From Takakia lepidozioides (lineage: Eukaryota > Plantae > Bryophyta), in contig CM060732.1 of the NCBI GenBank assembly GCA_030704615.1, positions 26,350,001 to 26,414,000 of the forward strand: a stretch of DNA of 64,000 bases. The letters are read 5' to 3'. Positions 24,400 through 36,575 of this stretch are shown here, piece by piece. The notes below the pieces were generated by a model. It ran no database searches, was not told the origin of the DNA, and saw only the letters and a list, made by a program, of their open reading frames with translations. Positions within the stretch are counted from its first letter, which is position 1; every line of letters starts with the position of its first letter. The translations under genes were made by a program, and so were the position numbers.

Positions 24400-27300
24400 T
24401 TTTTTTCAGTCATGGAGAGACCATGCACCAATCTCCCAAGCCTGTCTCTTTTTTCCTCCACCATATTGAAGTCGCCGCCTACCAGCCAGTGCTGGAGATG
24501 ATGGCGAGCTGTTGCATGTTATTTCTGATCTGGTTCCAGAGGTCTATCATGTCTTCCTCCCCATTCGGAGCATAGATGTTTAGAAAACCCACCTCCCCCA
24601 AAGATTGACCTATGTTCAAGACAAGAAGCTGCACTCTGCCTTGCAACCAAATCTCATGAGAGACAATGAATTGTTGTAAGGAGGGGGAAGCAAGGATTGA
24701 TGTGCCCCCTCTGGAATCCGAGATGGTGATTCCAAAAGGCTGTGGCCGCTGGCCAAATGGAGGCACCAAGGGAAGCTATTTTTTGTTGATTTAATTTATG
24801 TTCTTGTAGAAAGATAATATTGGAACCACGTAACAGAGTGGAGGCCCATGCTCTGACCCTTACCCTTTTGGGGGCAGAGTGGTCAGAGCCGAGACCTCGC
24901 ACATTCCAGGAGACAAGAGACAGATTCATGTGGGTGTGACTATCAGGCCCACGCTCTTTGCGTGACTTGATGGCCATTGTGGGAGGAAGAAATACTTTGA
25001 ACGTTTGTCGGATGGGGGCGGGGTGGAGAACCACTTGAACCCTTGTGGAGGATGGATCAAAACAGGGAGCTGACAGGTGAACACAATCGTTGCCTTTTTT
25101 CATTTGCAATTGTTTTGAAAAGGTACGAAGTAGGTCCCTCCGTCTCTAAGAATTGAAAACATGTCTGCAGAGATGTCCCGGGCTAGAGCTTTTGAAAGGA
25201 GGGAGAGGGATTTGTGGGGAGGATGGAAGGCCTGCTGAGTTCCACCAGGCTGGCAGGATTTTCTGCTTATGAACACTGTCCATCAGCAAAGTCCATACCC
25301 GTTTACAGTCTGAGTGGTCAAGCACATAAAAGAAGAGGGGGGAGCACGCAGTAGAGATGCTCACCTGCGGGGGCAAATCCACTGTCTCTTCCGGTAGCAC
25401 AAAGGTGATGGCGGGATCTACTGCAGCATTGGAGGATGCATTGAAGTGATTTGTGTTTGCCAGCACCATTTGTGTGTTGAGATTTGGCTCCTGCTGGGGT
25501 TGCCCAGAATCCGTTTGAGGATGTAGCAGCTGGTAATGCTCATCTACCAGCTTGGAACCTACCTCCATTATTTTCGTGCCTCTTGCCCACTCAGTGGGGT
25601 TTTTGACTCTGCAAGACAGGTAGTGCTTACTCACCCAAATCCATGAGTTATGAGCCCCAAAGGTATCCAAGCCCCTACCGAAAATAACGGGCATGACATG
25701 AACAACAGCAAGATCTGGAAGAGAGGCAATATTTTCAACCATTATGCCAATATGCTGCATATGCGATAGAGTCAGGTTTAGTTTTGGAAAGAAGTCCTTG
25801 AGAATGTTTTGCGTGAGGGTCAATGCGAGCTCTATTTCTTTTCCAATGCCGAACTGAAGAGCCAGAGCTTCCGAAACCCATGCAGACTGGAATCCTTGCT
25901 TCATACTTGGCAGGAAGAAACTGGTGTAATCATCTACAAAATTGTAGAGCAAGGGGGTGACACATATTGCCGCCTTTTCTCTCTCAAATGAGGAGCCTGG
26001 TGCCAACCCTGGCAGGGGGCTGAGCTTGAAAGAATGCAGCTCCAGAATTGTGATTGCCAAGCTGGTAGAGTCCAGCTTCTGCATATCAGAGACTGAGAAA
26101 GGGAAGGAACCCCAAGCCTCCATGACGCGCACTGGGAAGAAGCCCGATCCTGTTTTGGTCTAATGGGGGACACCACTTCAATCAATTTGGAGCCTCTTTT
26201 TCTTTTCTTGGAATGTAGCATGTCAACTATTGCTTGATCATCTGAATTTCTTTGAGCTTCTTGCTCCTGCTGCATTTGATTGGCCTTGGAGGTATCGACT
26301 AGCTGGGAGGAGGCCTCCTCCTTTCTTGTGATCTTGATGATTGGGCAGTCTGCCTTGATATGCCCTTCGGCATTGCAGTGGTAACAAATCACCGAAAGAA
26401 CCTCCTCTTTCACTGCTACTACAATGTAAGAGTCATCCAGGGTGGGGAGTTTGATAGAGGTGCCAATGGCTACGTTTTCAGGCATGAGCACAATGATCTT
26501 GGGGATGCCAATGTCCTCAGTAGCCTGAGAATGTGTGACCTCGATATCTACACTGAGAATTTTGTCCTGAGCTAGCTCCAGAACATTGATTGCCCCTATG
26601 AATGAGCCAAAGCTGGCACCTATCTCTGGGAGCGAAGTCAGATACGTGGGAGCTAGTAGGAAGGGGATGGCAATGACTCTCGGCTTCCACAAGATGCCTT
26701 TCTTGTGTCCCCAATCCTGGAACCAAGGAAAGATATGGACTTTGGAGGCGGATGTCTGCGTGTTGAAGCGCAGAGCCTTTTCTGCATCTGCTGGTGAGCT
26801 GAAGATGATAGCGTAGAAGCCTTTCCCCATTGAAAGGCTAAAGTGTTGTGCCAATCCCCAGCAATTCCTAGGTGCTCGATTATCCAAGTATGAATTGATT
26901 TTCTCGTCCGCGGCTTTCCAGGGAAGTACAAGATGATGCATGTCTTTGTTCACTTTTGCACTTGAGTCTGCAGCTTAACTTTGTTCAAATTTATGACAGG
27001 TTGCTCCTTGTCTTCTTGCACCGTTGTGTCCTCCCACGCGTTCTCAGTCATCAATGGCGAGGGCAGGGGGGCAGAGGCTGAGGGGCCCTTTCCAAGAATG
27101 GAGGCAGCTTCGACCTGCAGCATGGAGAATTTCCTGGTCCAAACCTGATTTTTGGCTTTCGCTGCCGCCGGACACTCCTCCACGTCTCGCCTTTCTGGAA
27201 CCACGACCATCCATGGCACAGCCGCAATAGAACTGCGATTAGCAGGCGTTTCAGGTAGACGACAAGCGCGAGAAGCAAGAAAAGGAAAAAGAATTAGAGC
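24400..27300 (-). mobile_element. L1-type LINE 5' part: ORF1 (zinc knuckle) and ORF2 endonuclease start, truncated
   Basis: ORF1 has CYHCNAEGHIKADC (CCHC). APE endonuclease motifs SWNVRGL, IFLQEH, NIYAPN, GDFN. Confidence 0.85.
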
Positions 27301-28509
27301 GGAGAGAGGAGAGGAATGAGGTAGCGAGTGGAGGGGTGGGATAGATGTGGATTATGCAAGGGAACAATGTGGAGCGAAGACCGCAAATGCGACAAGCTGT
27401 TAGAGATGATAGATAGCTGATTCAGCTGAATGCTTGTAGAATTGCATCAACATCAGCATTTAGAGAAAAAAACATGAGCTCGCCTCTATCCTTGGTCTAT
27501 GCAACAGATATGAAGGGGTTAATAGAAGAAGAGAAGCCTTCCCTTCCTATAGAGAATGCATGGCGGCTTGGCAGCGTCTCCATACTGCACTCTTTCAAGG
27601 CTCATTAAGAGCCGCTGCATCGAGCAGACCACTACAGGCCTCGGGGAGCCACCGATTAGCGACAAGAGCTTAAGTGCCTGAGACAATGGCAGAGTGAGGG
27701 TGTGTGAGCGTGGCGGCTCATTAAACCAACATGGGAAGCCGGGGGGGTGGGAGGAACTCTGCTGGATCTTATGAATGAAGAAAGACTTGAGAAGAGAGGC
27801 ACATGAAGATGAACACTGGGAAGATGAAATCTCAGCAGATGCTTTAGGTTTTCCTTTTTCGTCATTGCTTTGAAAGAGAGCGCAGGGGGGAGATGGTTGG
27901 GGTAACATAGCAGAACTTGCTCATGTTACCGCCCGATGGGGGTGCAAGAGAGATTGGGGGAAGAGCAGGATGGGCTTCTACATCGTGAGTGAGATAGGGG
28001 AACTGGATGGTCTTCTGCATCGACAGACCCATTCCAGCTGAGGGAGAGTCTGGGAAAAGCGGCCAAGTCCCAGGATACACTCACCGCAAACTGCGGAGCG
28101 CCATCCCTTCGACAACCGTCCCCTTATGAATTTTGCAAAGTGTCGGGGTCAGGAAATCCAGTGTTGAGCACCGTTCACCTGCCCACGTGGTAGGCCAAAT
28201 GGGCAATCTTGTAATAACATCTAAGGGTTCTGCCGCACCTACCAGGTTAACTAACCAGAATGGCAAAATATTTGAGCGACGGGTTTGGTACCCGACCGGT
28301 GACGCAGCCTGTGTCAGGCCGCAGTGAGCAAGTTGCGAGCTGGTTGCGATGACCGAAGCGGTTTGATTATTGCCAGCGGCCGCACTCACCAGTGTGGTTA
28401 GGGGATTTTGAAACCCAGGAAAAGGAGGAGGCTCGATTTCGATACGTTTGAAAAAGAAAGGGAATTCCAAATGGTTCAGGAAGAAGATCATGGAAGCGAT
28501 GACTAAAGT

Positions 28510-29707
28510 ATGTCCAAGGTAGTCTTGAATTACAGAGAGACAGGTACTATCGCTGATTCTGCTGTGATTTTGAGGTGTTTGAAATCTAGATGGTATGTGA
28601 AGCCCAGGAGTGTCGATTGGTTTTACAATTACTTGATGGGAAGGTATGATGATGCAAGATGGTTGGTAATAATGCGAATGACAACACGCACATTTACTTT
28701 TATCATGGAGGCCTTGCGACCACACTACACGAAGCAGATTACCAATTTTAAGTTACCTGTTTGTGTGGAGTTGAAGGTAGCAGCATGTATCTATAAATTG
28801 GTGATAGGTTGCACTATGGTGCAAACAAGCGAAATGTTTAGCATTGGCAAGTCTACAATGTACGACATTTTGAGGGAGGTTGTTCCAGCAATAAACAAAG
28901 TTTTTGAGAATGTCGTTGTGTGGCCAATTGGGCAGTATCTGTACGAGGTCCAAGAGGCAATCCAACGAAGAGCGGATTGCCAAATTGTGCTGGTTGTATT
29001 GATTGTTGTCATATTCAGATACTGCAACCTCACCAAGGAATGCGTTCAATGGATTGGAGAAATAGGAAACAAAATTTCTCTTACAATGTACAGGCTGTAT
29101 GTGACCATAGAAGAAATTCACCAACATTTTCATAGGAATGCCTGGGAGTGTTCATGATGGCAGAGTTCTGTCTCATTCATCTATTTGGAGGAGTGCAAAC
29201 AATGAGCACATTCTGAATGAAGATCCGGCAAATTTCCTGAGTGGTGCACCAATGCGGGCTTACCTATTGGGAGATAGTGGCTATGAGCCTCTGTCTTGGC
29301 TGGCTGTCCCTTTTAAGATGAATGCGGATCCATTGACTAGAGCACACAGATTTTACAACTACAAGGTCACTCAGGGCATAATTCTGATTGAGCAAGCTTT
29401 TGGAATATTGAAGAAAACATTCAAGGAGCTTGCAGGACCTAGTCGATTAGACATAGATTTCTATCCTCAAGTGATTAGATGTTGTATGTTCTTACACAAT
29501 GTTCTTTTAGATTCGAATGATCACTTGGATTTGGAAGAGAAAATTGAGGAGTTGGGGATGGATCATGCTCGCCAGGAGGCAGTATTTGCTGGCAGGAATC
29601 AGCAACAAGTAATACATCCAGATGAGGACCTAGGGGGAGAAGTACTGAGGGAGGATTTAGTGGAATGGTTGCAATATAGACAAAGAAATGGTTTAGGGAA
29701 CATCTAA
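28510..29707 (+). pseudogene. PIF/Harbinger DDE transposase (frameshifted)
   Basis: FSIGKST HTH region, GCIDCCHI, PGSVHDGRV, LLGDSGY, IEQAFGILK. Confidence 0.9.
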
Positions 29708-31473
29708 GATTTTAATTCAGAACCATGGCTCTCCAAGAACTGTGATTAGGTTGGTACTCTATTTTAGGTTGATCTTGGCGTTGTAGCGTTTCTCTATGTA
29801 GTATATGTACATGAGAAGAACAAATTTCCTTCTGCCTCACTTGCTTTCTTTTGTGTATCCCTTTCATGTCCCTAGGAAGTCCATCTACTTCTATTTTCTC
29901 TTATTTATGAGGAACCCATATATGTCTTCATGAGGAGTTCAACTTGTTGGATTGATCATGCACCCAGGTGATGGTATAGGAAAGACTGTGATGTATGTTT
30001 AGGATACAGAAGGCACTAGCCTGTGCTGCATTTCTTATGCCTTTTTCTTTTGCAAAGGCTGTCTGCAACCCCCTCAAATAAGGTGGGTGATAAGTGATAA
30101 CCTGACATCTAAATTCTATAACACTCCCCTACTCCAGAGGGGAGGGGGCATGCATAGACAAACACAAGGAGGAAGCAAAGAAAGGGGTCTGCATAGACAA
30201 ACATGATGTGGTACAAGGTTATGGTGACGCTCTCCTTCTGTGACATGACGAGATCTACAAACTCTTAGGAGTTTGTGGAACCCAGGTCCACAATGGAAAT
30301 ACATATATTTGTTGGAGTTTCTTAGTGTAGCCTTGTGGATTATGGCCCGTACACCTAGGAACACAGGGGGGAAGGGTGCCATATAGGAAAGTTGGGCCAC
30401 TGCCATCACTGAAGGCTCAGCTCCAGCCGTGGGGCTTATCTCACATAGTGATTCTACCTTCCAGACTTGCTCCAAAAATTTCTCTATGTGGGGTCATACA
30501 GTTGAACAAACAGATCCCTGTGATACTTACCTCAACAGAGTCTTGCTCATATGTCCAGTCAATGTCAAATTGGGAGAGAAACCAGGATTCAAATGTCTAC
30601 AGTTAATTCGCAAGTGTCAGGATTTAATGCAACACAAGCATTACCTAGACAGACTCCAGCTCACGGGCCCAGTTCTTGTCAGGTTTGCACACCACTGGCA
30701 CCACTCTTACACCCAATGCCTCCCAGTTCTTGCTGTCATGGTCAATAAAAGCTTGCTGAGGTTAGAGCAAACATTCATTTAGAGACAAGCAATGAATGCA
30801 CCAATACTGCACTTGAACAATATGCCACGATGTGTAAGAATGTACTCTCAGTGTTTGCTGTAGCCTTGTGGCCATAAACCCCATGCATGTTCAGTTTGGA
30901 CAGAACAAGAAGGAACAATATAGACTAGATTTTATGAGGGGCTCTTCTTCAACACATGTGCAGGGTGCTTGATGCAAGCACAAGCAACTTGAATCAAATT
31001 TATATCTATCTTGTGATCACTAAGGTGAAAATGTAGTCACAGCCAGATCATTATGCTCACGAGGAAGCTGAAAATTTTCAACCAAATACCTCACTCCAGT
31101 GCCATCTACAAGAAACCTACGCACCAAATCTTGACAAACAATACCCAAAGTGTAGACATGGCCAGTAGCTAGGAAGAGAAAAAGAACAGTACACATGTCT
31201 GTTTAGTACCAACAAATTGAATGAGAGTTTTTAGTACTCAATGAAGTACTAGAAGTGAGTCTGAGGGCCCATCATACTATTGACTTGAAAACAAGATTTA
31301 CCAGCTTGTCCAGAACTCTATTCCAATCTGTACTATAGCAATCTGTCTTGTTTAACTCCCTATAAGAGACAATATCCCATTTGCAAAACTGACATGTCTC
31401 ACTACATATGGAGGCACAGAATTTAACCAACCCTGTGAGGGCACCTCAAAACACAAGAATCATCAGCGACATG

Positions 31474-32292
31474 CTAATTTCTTTTGGACAATGCTTTATC
31501 CAACACATTCACCATGTTTCCAAAGACACCAACCAATTGTTCCAGATTTCGATTAGTCTTATCATTGTTTTCTCTTTCAGCTTGAATCCGTGCACCTTCT
31601 TGCTGTAGCAAAGCTGCAAAACGGCCATTCTCCTCAACCAATCGGACATCATGTTGTGCTATCTTTCTTTCTTCAAGTCGTAATAATTGGTTGTGGCGTT
31701 CTTCCTTCTTCTCCTCAGATTCCTTCATTGCTCCTACTAGGGCCACACTATTCTCCTTGGCTACTTCTATGAAACGATTCATATATGAATCAACTTTCCT
31801 CTTCTTGCCTGTGCTCGTGTTTGGTGGAGTCGTCATACTTGATGGATCAAGAGGAGTGGTAGGGTTTTGCAAGTTCCTAGTGAACATCTCATTTGTAAAA
31901 TCATCATTTGTTGTCGTTTCCACCTCAAATCTATCTGCCCCTGGGGTTGCAACAGTTGATGACTCCCCACGCGAGGCCCCTGGCGTTGCAACAGATGATT
32001 CTCCATGTGAATTAAGAGACGTTTGTTTCCCAGACATCGAGTCATAAAACTGTGAAGCATTGGCAGGTGTCATATAGATATTTCTCCTACCATGAAATGC
32101 TTCAATTTCTTCATACACACGCTTATCAAACAATGGAGGCAAATTAAGTGTCTTCCTGTCAGCACTGGTCATTGCCCAATAGTCTCCTGCACCTGTCCTG
32201 GATAGATAGTCTTTGATTTTCTTGAATTCCTTTTGAAGACTTTCCCATTTTACCTTGCATTGCTCCCCTTCAGAGATTCTTGGGCCAAGCAA
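31474..32292 (-). CDS. Harbinger Myb/SANT-like (trihelix) DNA-binding ORF, partial
   Basis: QCKVKWESLQKEFKKIKDY and a C-terminal coiled coil; convergent with the Harbinger transposase. Confidence 0.75.
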   Translation of the reverse strand: MLGPRISEGEQCKVKWESLQKEFKKIKDYLSRTGAGDYWAMTSADRKTLNLPPLFDKRVYEEIEAFHGRRNIYMTPANASQFYDSMSGKQTSLNSHGESSVATPGASRGESSTVATPGADRFEVETTTNDDFTNEMFTRNLQNPTTPLDPSSMTTPPNTSTGKKRKVDSYMNRFIEVAKENSVALVGAMKESEEKKEERHNQLLRLEERKIAQHDVRLVEENGRFAALLQQEGARIQAERENNDKTNRNLEQLVGVFGNMVNVLDKALSKRN

Positions 32293-33344
32293 GGAATCCT
32301 CTGCTCCAGCCCTTCGTCAGACACCTGTACATGGAGTTCAATCCCTCAGTGTTGGGGAGGCAGGAGCGCGCTTCTTCCTTGACTCCCCGGATTTTGATAG
32401 GGACATCAACTGGAAGCACCGCCGGGGAAGGAGCTCAATGAAGCTCAGGTTCGACAAGTAAATTGGACCTCCGTGCTCGGCTCTGCTCCACACTCGCAGC
32501 TTCTCGCAAGCTAGGGTCTATGGGGTAGCCTTGCGGTTACATAAGTAGTGTCTCTATCATTTTGCATGCTCACTGTCACTTTTGCATTCATTTTTTGGCA
32601 CCCTGGATGGTAAGGGGTTGGTCGATAATGGTCGCCCATCCACCCCGTCATTGCCCTCTTGGGCTTATTTCATGGTTTTCTAGTTAATTCTAGGTTCTCG
32701 CTATTTTATCTAGGCTCGTCCCTCATCCTCCGGATGTGTTATAGTACCTTATGGTATCATTGGGTTTATTTTTCCCTTTAATAAATTAAATGGCTTCATG
32801 CCCTTGGTTTTTATATATATATATCATCATGGGTGTACTTGGGAAAAAAGCCAAACCATGAAAAAAAATATAGACGACTGCCAAAGGGAGCGTAAATTAT
32901 GGTGTCTCTTCACCACAAGGGCTACCGACTTCCAGCAAACCATGACAATATGGCCCCCCAAATTTCACATACAAAGCAGCCTATCTCAATTTTTGGAATT
33001 TTGGTCTGATTTTTGGAAGAGGCAGTCCTTTAGATGCCATATAATCAGATTATGGAGAGGATGTACCGATTCTGTGGTCAAACCATTTTTTCCATGCAAT
33101 TTTTGAATACATTTACAAATTGGGTCAGATTACTTTGTTATAATCTCCCAAATGCAATGGTCAAATTGCTTACATTTTTGACACGACGTGGATGTAGGTA
33201 GTAGATATGCACATTAGTATAAGGTTCATCCCCCATGGATGATTGGGGGTAAAAAGTTACACCCTCATCCATAAGGCTATGCACTCTTTGTAGTCGGCTC
33301 ACCGAAAGATGGTTCACCGTTGAATTTCGAATACGGTTCTTACG

Positions 33345-34025
33345 GTCTATATATATATATATATATAGAGGAACAGAGGACAAAGGCCCTGGAAATTTTA
33401 TTAATAAAAAAGGGTACAAAATGAAGAAAAATTAACCTCCTTAAGGCCGTAAAGCTTGACGCACGGGGAACACCCAGGACCAAGGAGGGGGGGGGAGGGG
33501 GGAGGTGAAAAAATAACAAGAGCCAAGAAAAGGAGAGGCACTAAGCAACGGAGGGCCCAGCAGTACCTGATAACAAAAATCCGAGAGCTAGAAACAGAGG
33601 CACTAAGCAAACAAGGCTTAGGGCAAGAAAACAGGGAACAAAGCAAACAAAGGCTTAGAGCCTAGTAAAAGCGGAGAAGGCATGCTAGAGACCGAAATCA
33701 AGCTGGACTTTGGATTTGGCCGAGTCTCCTGATGGTGCCAGTTGATCTCAAGAGCATCAGACGATTTGCCATTCCCGGGGGAGGTTGTCATTCCAAGAGA
33801 TCCTAGATTCAGAAATCTTGGTGCAGAGGAGGTCGTCTTTTGCCCAGGTGAGATCGAAGTCCGAAAGAAGTTGTTGACGCCTTCTTTCACTGCATCTACT
33901 GGAAGCTGAAAGCAGGCACACCCACGCCTTGCGCCCCTCAGTCATCATATCAGAGTACAATTTGAAAAGAATCTGTCTGATGTTGGGGCGCTTCCCCTCA
34001 AATATTAATCTAGCCTTCCATATAT
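33345..34025 (-). mobile_element. LINE 3' end fragment
   Basis: IWKAR.IFEG ORF2 C-terminal motif, then a 3'UTR with AATAAA followed by a (TA)n tract. Confidence 0.65.
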
Positions 34026-34965
34026 CGTCATTTCCTTTGAGCACAGGGCGCGTGCCCCGGCAACATAACGAGCCATCTGTAGTAAAGCAGAGCAACATTC
34101 CCATTGTGGAGACAAGAGTGTCGGAGTCACAGTGGAGAATTGCGAGGACATTGCCGGGATTTCGAGGGAAGTGCTGCGCAATCCGGGTGGATACGAGAGC
34201 CCGTTGTGGTGAGATGATTCGGAGGAACCCACACGGTGTTGTACCTGCACCTTGTTTCAGCGGCAGATTTTTGACTCCCACATTTGCTCACGCCACAACG
34301 CAGACATTTTGGTTCTGTAGGCACGACATAATGACCTGTGTATTTGGCAAGCCCAAGTACGGGATTCAGGGAATGCCGGAGCCTCTGGGCGTCTGGCCTG
34401 TTGCACCGGGTTGCAGCCTCTCTCAGAATGAGGCGGATGCTCTATCTGCAGCAGGATTTCGAATGGTGCAACGCACAGACATCCCGGCCCACGCATTTCC
34501 GGTTCCTCAAACCCAGCCATTGCAGACTGCTTGGTCCAGTAGAGACGGATTGGACAATTCTGCACATCCCACAATGCGATTCGGAAGAGTGAAGAGACGA
34601 CACCCTCCCAACAAGTTGAATGAGACTCGGATTGCCAATGCTCTTGGGATGGCTTGCACTATTCAGAGCTCCGTGGACGTACCCCCACCCGGCCTTGGGC
34701 GTGTGTATCGGATGGCAACGGCCGGCTCGGTTGTACGCGACGATGTATACACAATTACGATTGGAGTGGAGCTGACTTGCAATTGTACGGACTTCTAGTT
34801 GATGGAAGCAAAGAAGGGTTCGAAGTATTATCCGTGCAAGCATCTGTATTACATTTATCTGAAGAGGTTGAGGATGAACGTGACTATTGATGACTTTATT
34901 CATGCACCGGCGTTGAGCGTGAACGAGCTGCACAAACTCCTCCTTAGGGATTCCAGAAATCATTG
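34025..34965 (+). pseudogene. SWIM zinc-finger-containing C-terminal part of a DNA transposase
   Basis: YTITIG..LTCNCTDF*...YPCKHLYY (CxC...CxH SWIM), with an in-frame stop. Confidence 0.7.
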
Positions 34966-35125
34966 ATGGGGCAAAGGGAATCCTCCATATGGATATTTTC
35001 AATTGCATTTTGCTGTATCAGACTTTTTTTTGCAGTGTAATGAAATGCACCCCAAAACTCCTGGAATGAGGCAATATTCCATTCAAACTGAGATCCAACA
35101 GAAGCAGTTGTGGGGGCCATTTTTC

Positions 35126-35718
35126 GAAAAATGGCGCCGAATTTCTCTTTTTTGGGCCGAAAACTGGCGAAGTCCCAACATGCACTGGTACCGTGTCTGG
35201 AAAAATGGCGCCGAATTTCTCTTTTTTGGGCCGAAAACTGGCTAAGTCCCAACATGCACTGGTACAGTGTCTGGAAAAATGGCGCCGAATTTCCCTATTT
35301 TGTGCCGAAAACTGGCTAAGTCCGAACATGCACTGGAAAAATGGCGCCGAATTACCTGTCATGAGGGGACCTATAGCCGCGGAATTCGGCACCATTTTTC
35401 GCCAGAGAGACCTATTACCGCGAAATACGTCGCCGTTTTTTGAGGTACGGACCCTATTACCGCGAAATTCGGCACCATATTTGCACATGTCGCTGGGAAT
35501 TGGCATGAGCGGAAGACGAAATATCATGAGCACAACTGTCAAAACTGCAATTTTCCCTTTAAGGGGCCGAATAATATATTTGTTTTTCCTGACACATTGC
35601 ATTAAATTATTGTTTTTTATTGTTTTTTATTTTCGAAATTTGTGCTTCTGCTCATGAAAACCGATTGTCTTACTACTCCGCTCATGCCGCTCATGCTCAT
35701 GAAATAGCAAACCTCGCC
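35126..35718. repeat. Subterminal ~74-bp tandem repeats and probable transposon terminus
   Basis: About 3.5 copies of GAAAAATGGCGCCGAATTTCTC...CATGCACTGG, plus inverted AATTCGGCACCAT motifs. Ends abruptly at about 35718 against the DNMT sequence. Confidence 0.75.
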
Positions 35719-36575
35719 GTAACCCTGGCCCGAGAGTCCCCCATAAGAGGAACATTCTCCAAGATATAGGCTAGAGGTTGCACTTGCCTCGTCTGCAAGT
35801 CACGCAACACTCTCAACATCTCCCAAAACAAATGCGATCGAGCATCATGCAAGCCGTTCTCATGACCTGCGGGAGAGTGTCCTTGGCAAGGCCATCCGGC
35901 TATCACCAAGTCAATGGCACCATGCCGGTCCAAATCATCCGCCCCCAGCAAGGTAATGTTTGCTGGCAAGGCCTTTTGATACGCTTGAATTGCTGAGAGA
36001 GGCAACAACTCAGGATACCGGTGTGTGAGCAAGGCGATGTGGCGCATAGAAATATGCCAAGCTATCTCATCCTTCTCCACATACAAGTACTTGCGTACTT
36101 TAATCCCAGCTTGCAACACTCCTGCAAGCCCAGGGCTCATGCCTCCAAACAGGTCTAGCAAACAAATCCCTGAGTCAGGTGGTTGCCAGGTAATGGGCAC
36201 TGTATCCAAAGGAGCTAACTGAGGAGGTCCATGTGATGTCACTGAACTCCTCTCACTCACCAATGGATAGGCCTCCTGCCATGCTTGGTGCACACACTCG
36301 CCTGCTACTCGATGCAAATTCCTAACTGTACCCCACAGTGAAATATGAACAGACACATGAGGAAGCAAATCAGCCTTGTATGCCAATTGTTTGTCCTCAT
36401 CACGTGGTGGCCTATCATCTGCATGGCTATTGCCCTCCAAGAGCTCACCACCCCAAGCCACCACCCCTGAGAATGCAACCAATGTGGGCATCATGTTCCT
36501 ATGATCCACCGCTACATTCCCAATAAACCGCACTGGGAGCAGTGCACGCCGACCATCCCCTGACTGCCATTCTCA
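35719..36575 (-). pseudogene. Ty3/gypsy copy 2: N-terminal half of C5 DNA methyltransferase (inverted relative to pol)
   Basis: LLDLFGGM, YVEKD, IAGWPCQG, LFWEMLR, YILENV; motifs VIII-X are missing. Confidence 0.9.

Noticed and set aside
35126-35470. CRISPR-like array or coding repeat ORFs
   Set aside because: Contiguous tandem units without unique spacers; consistent with transposon subterminal repeats.
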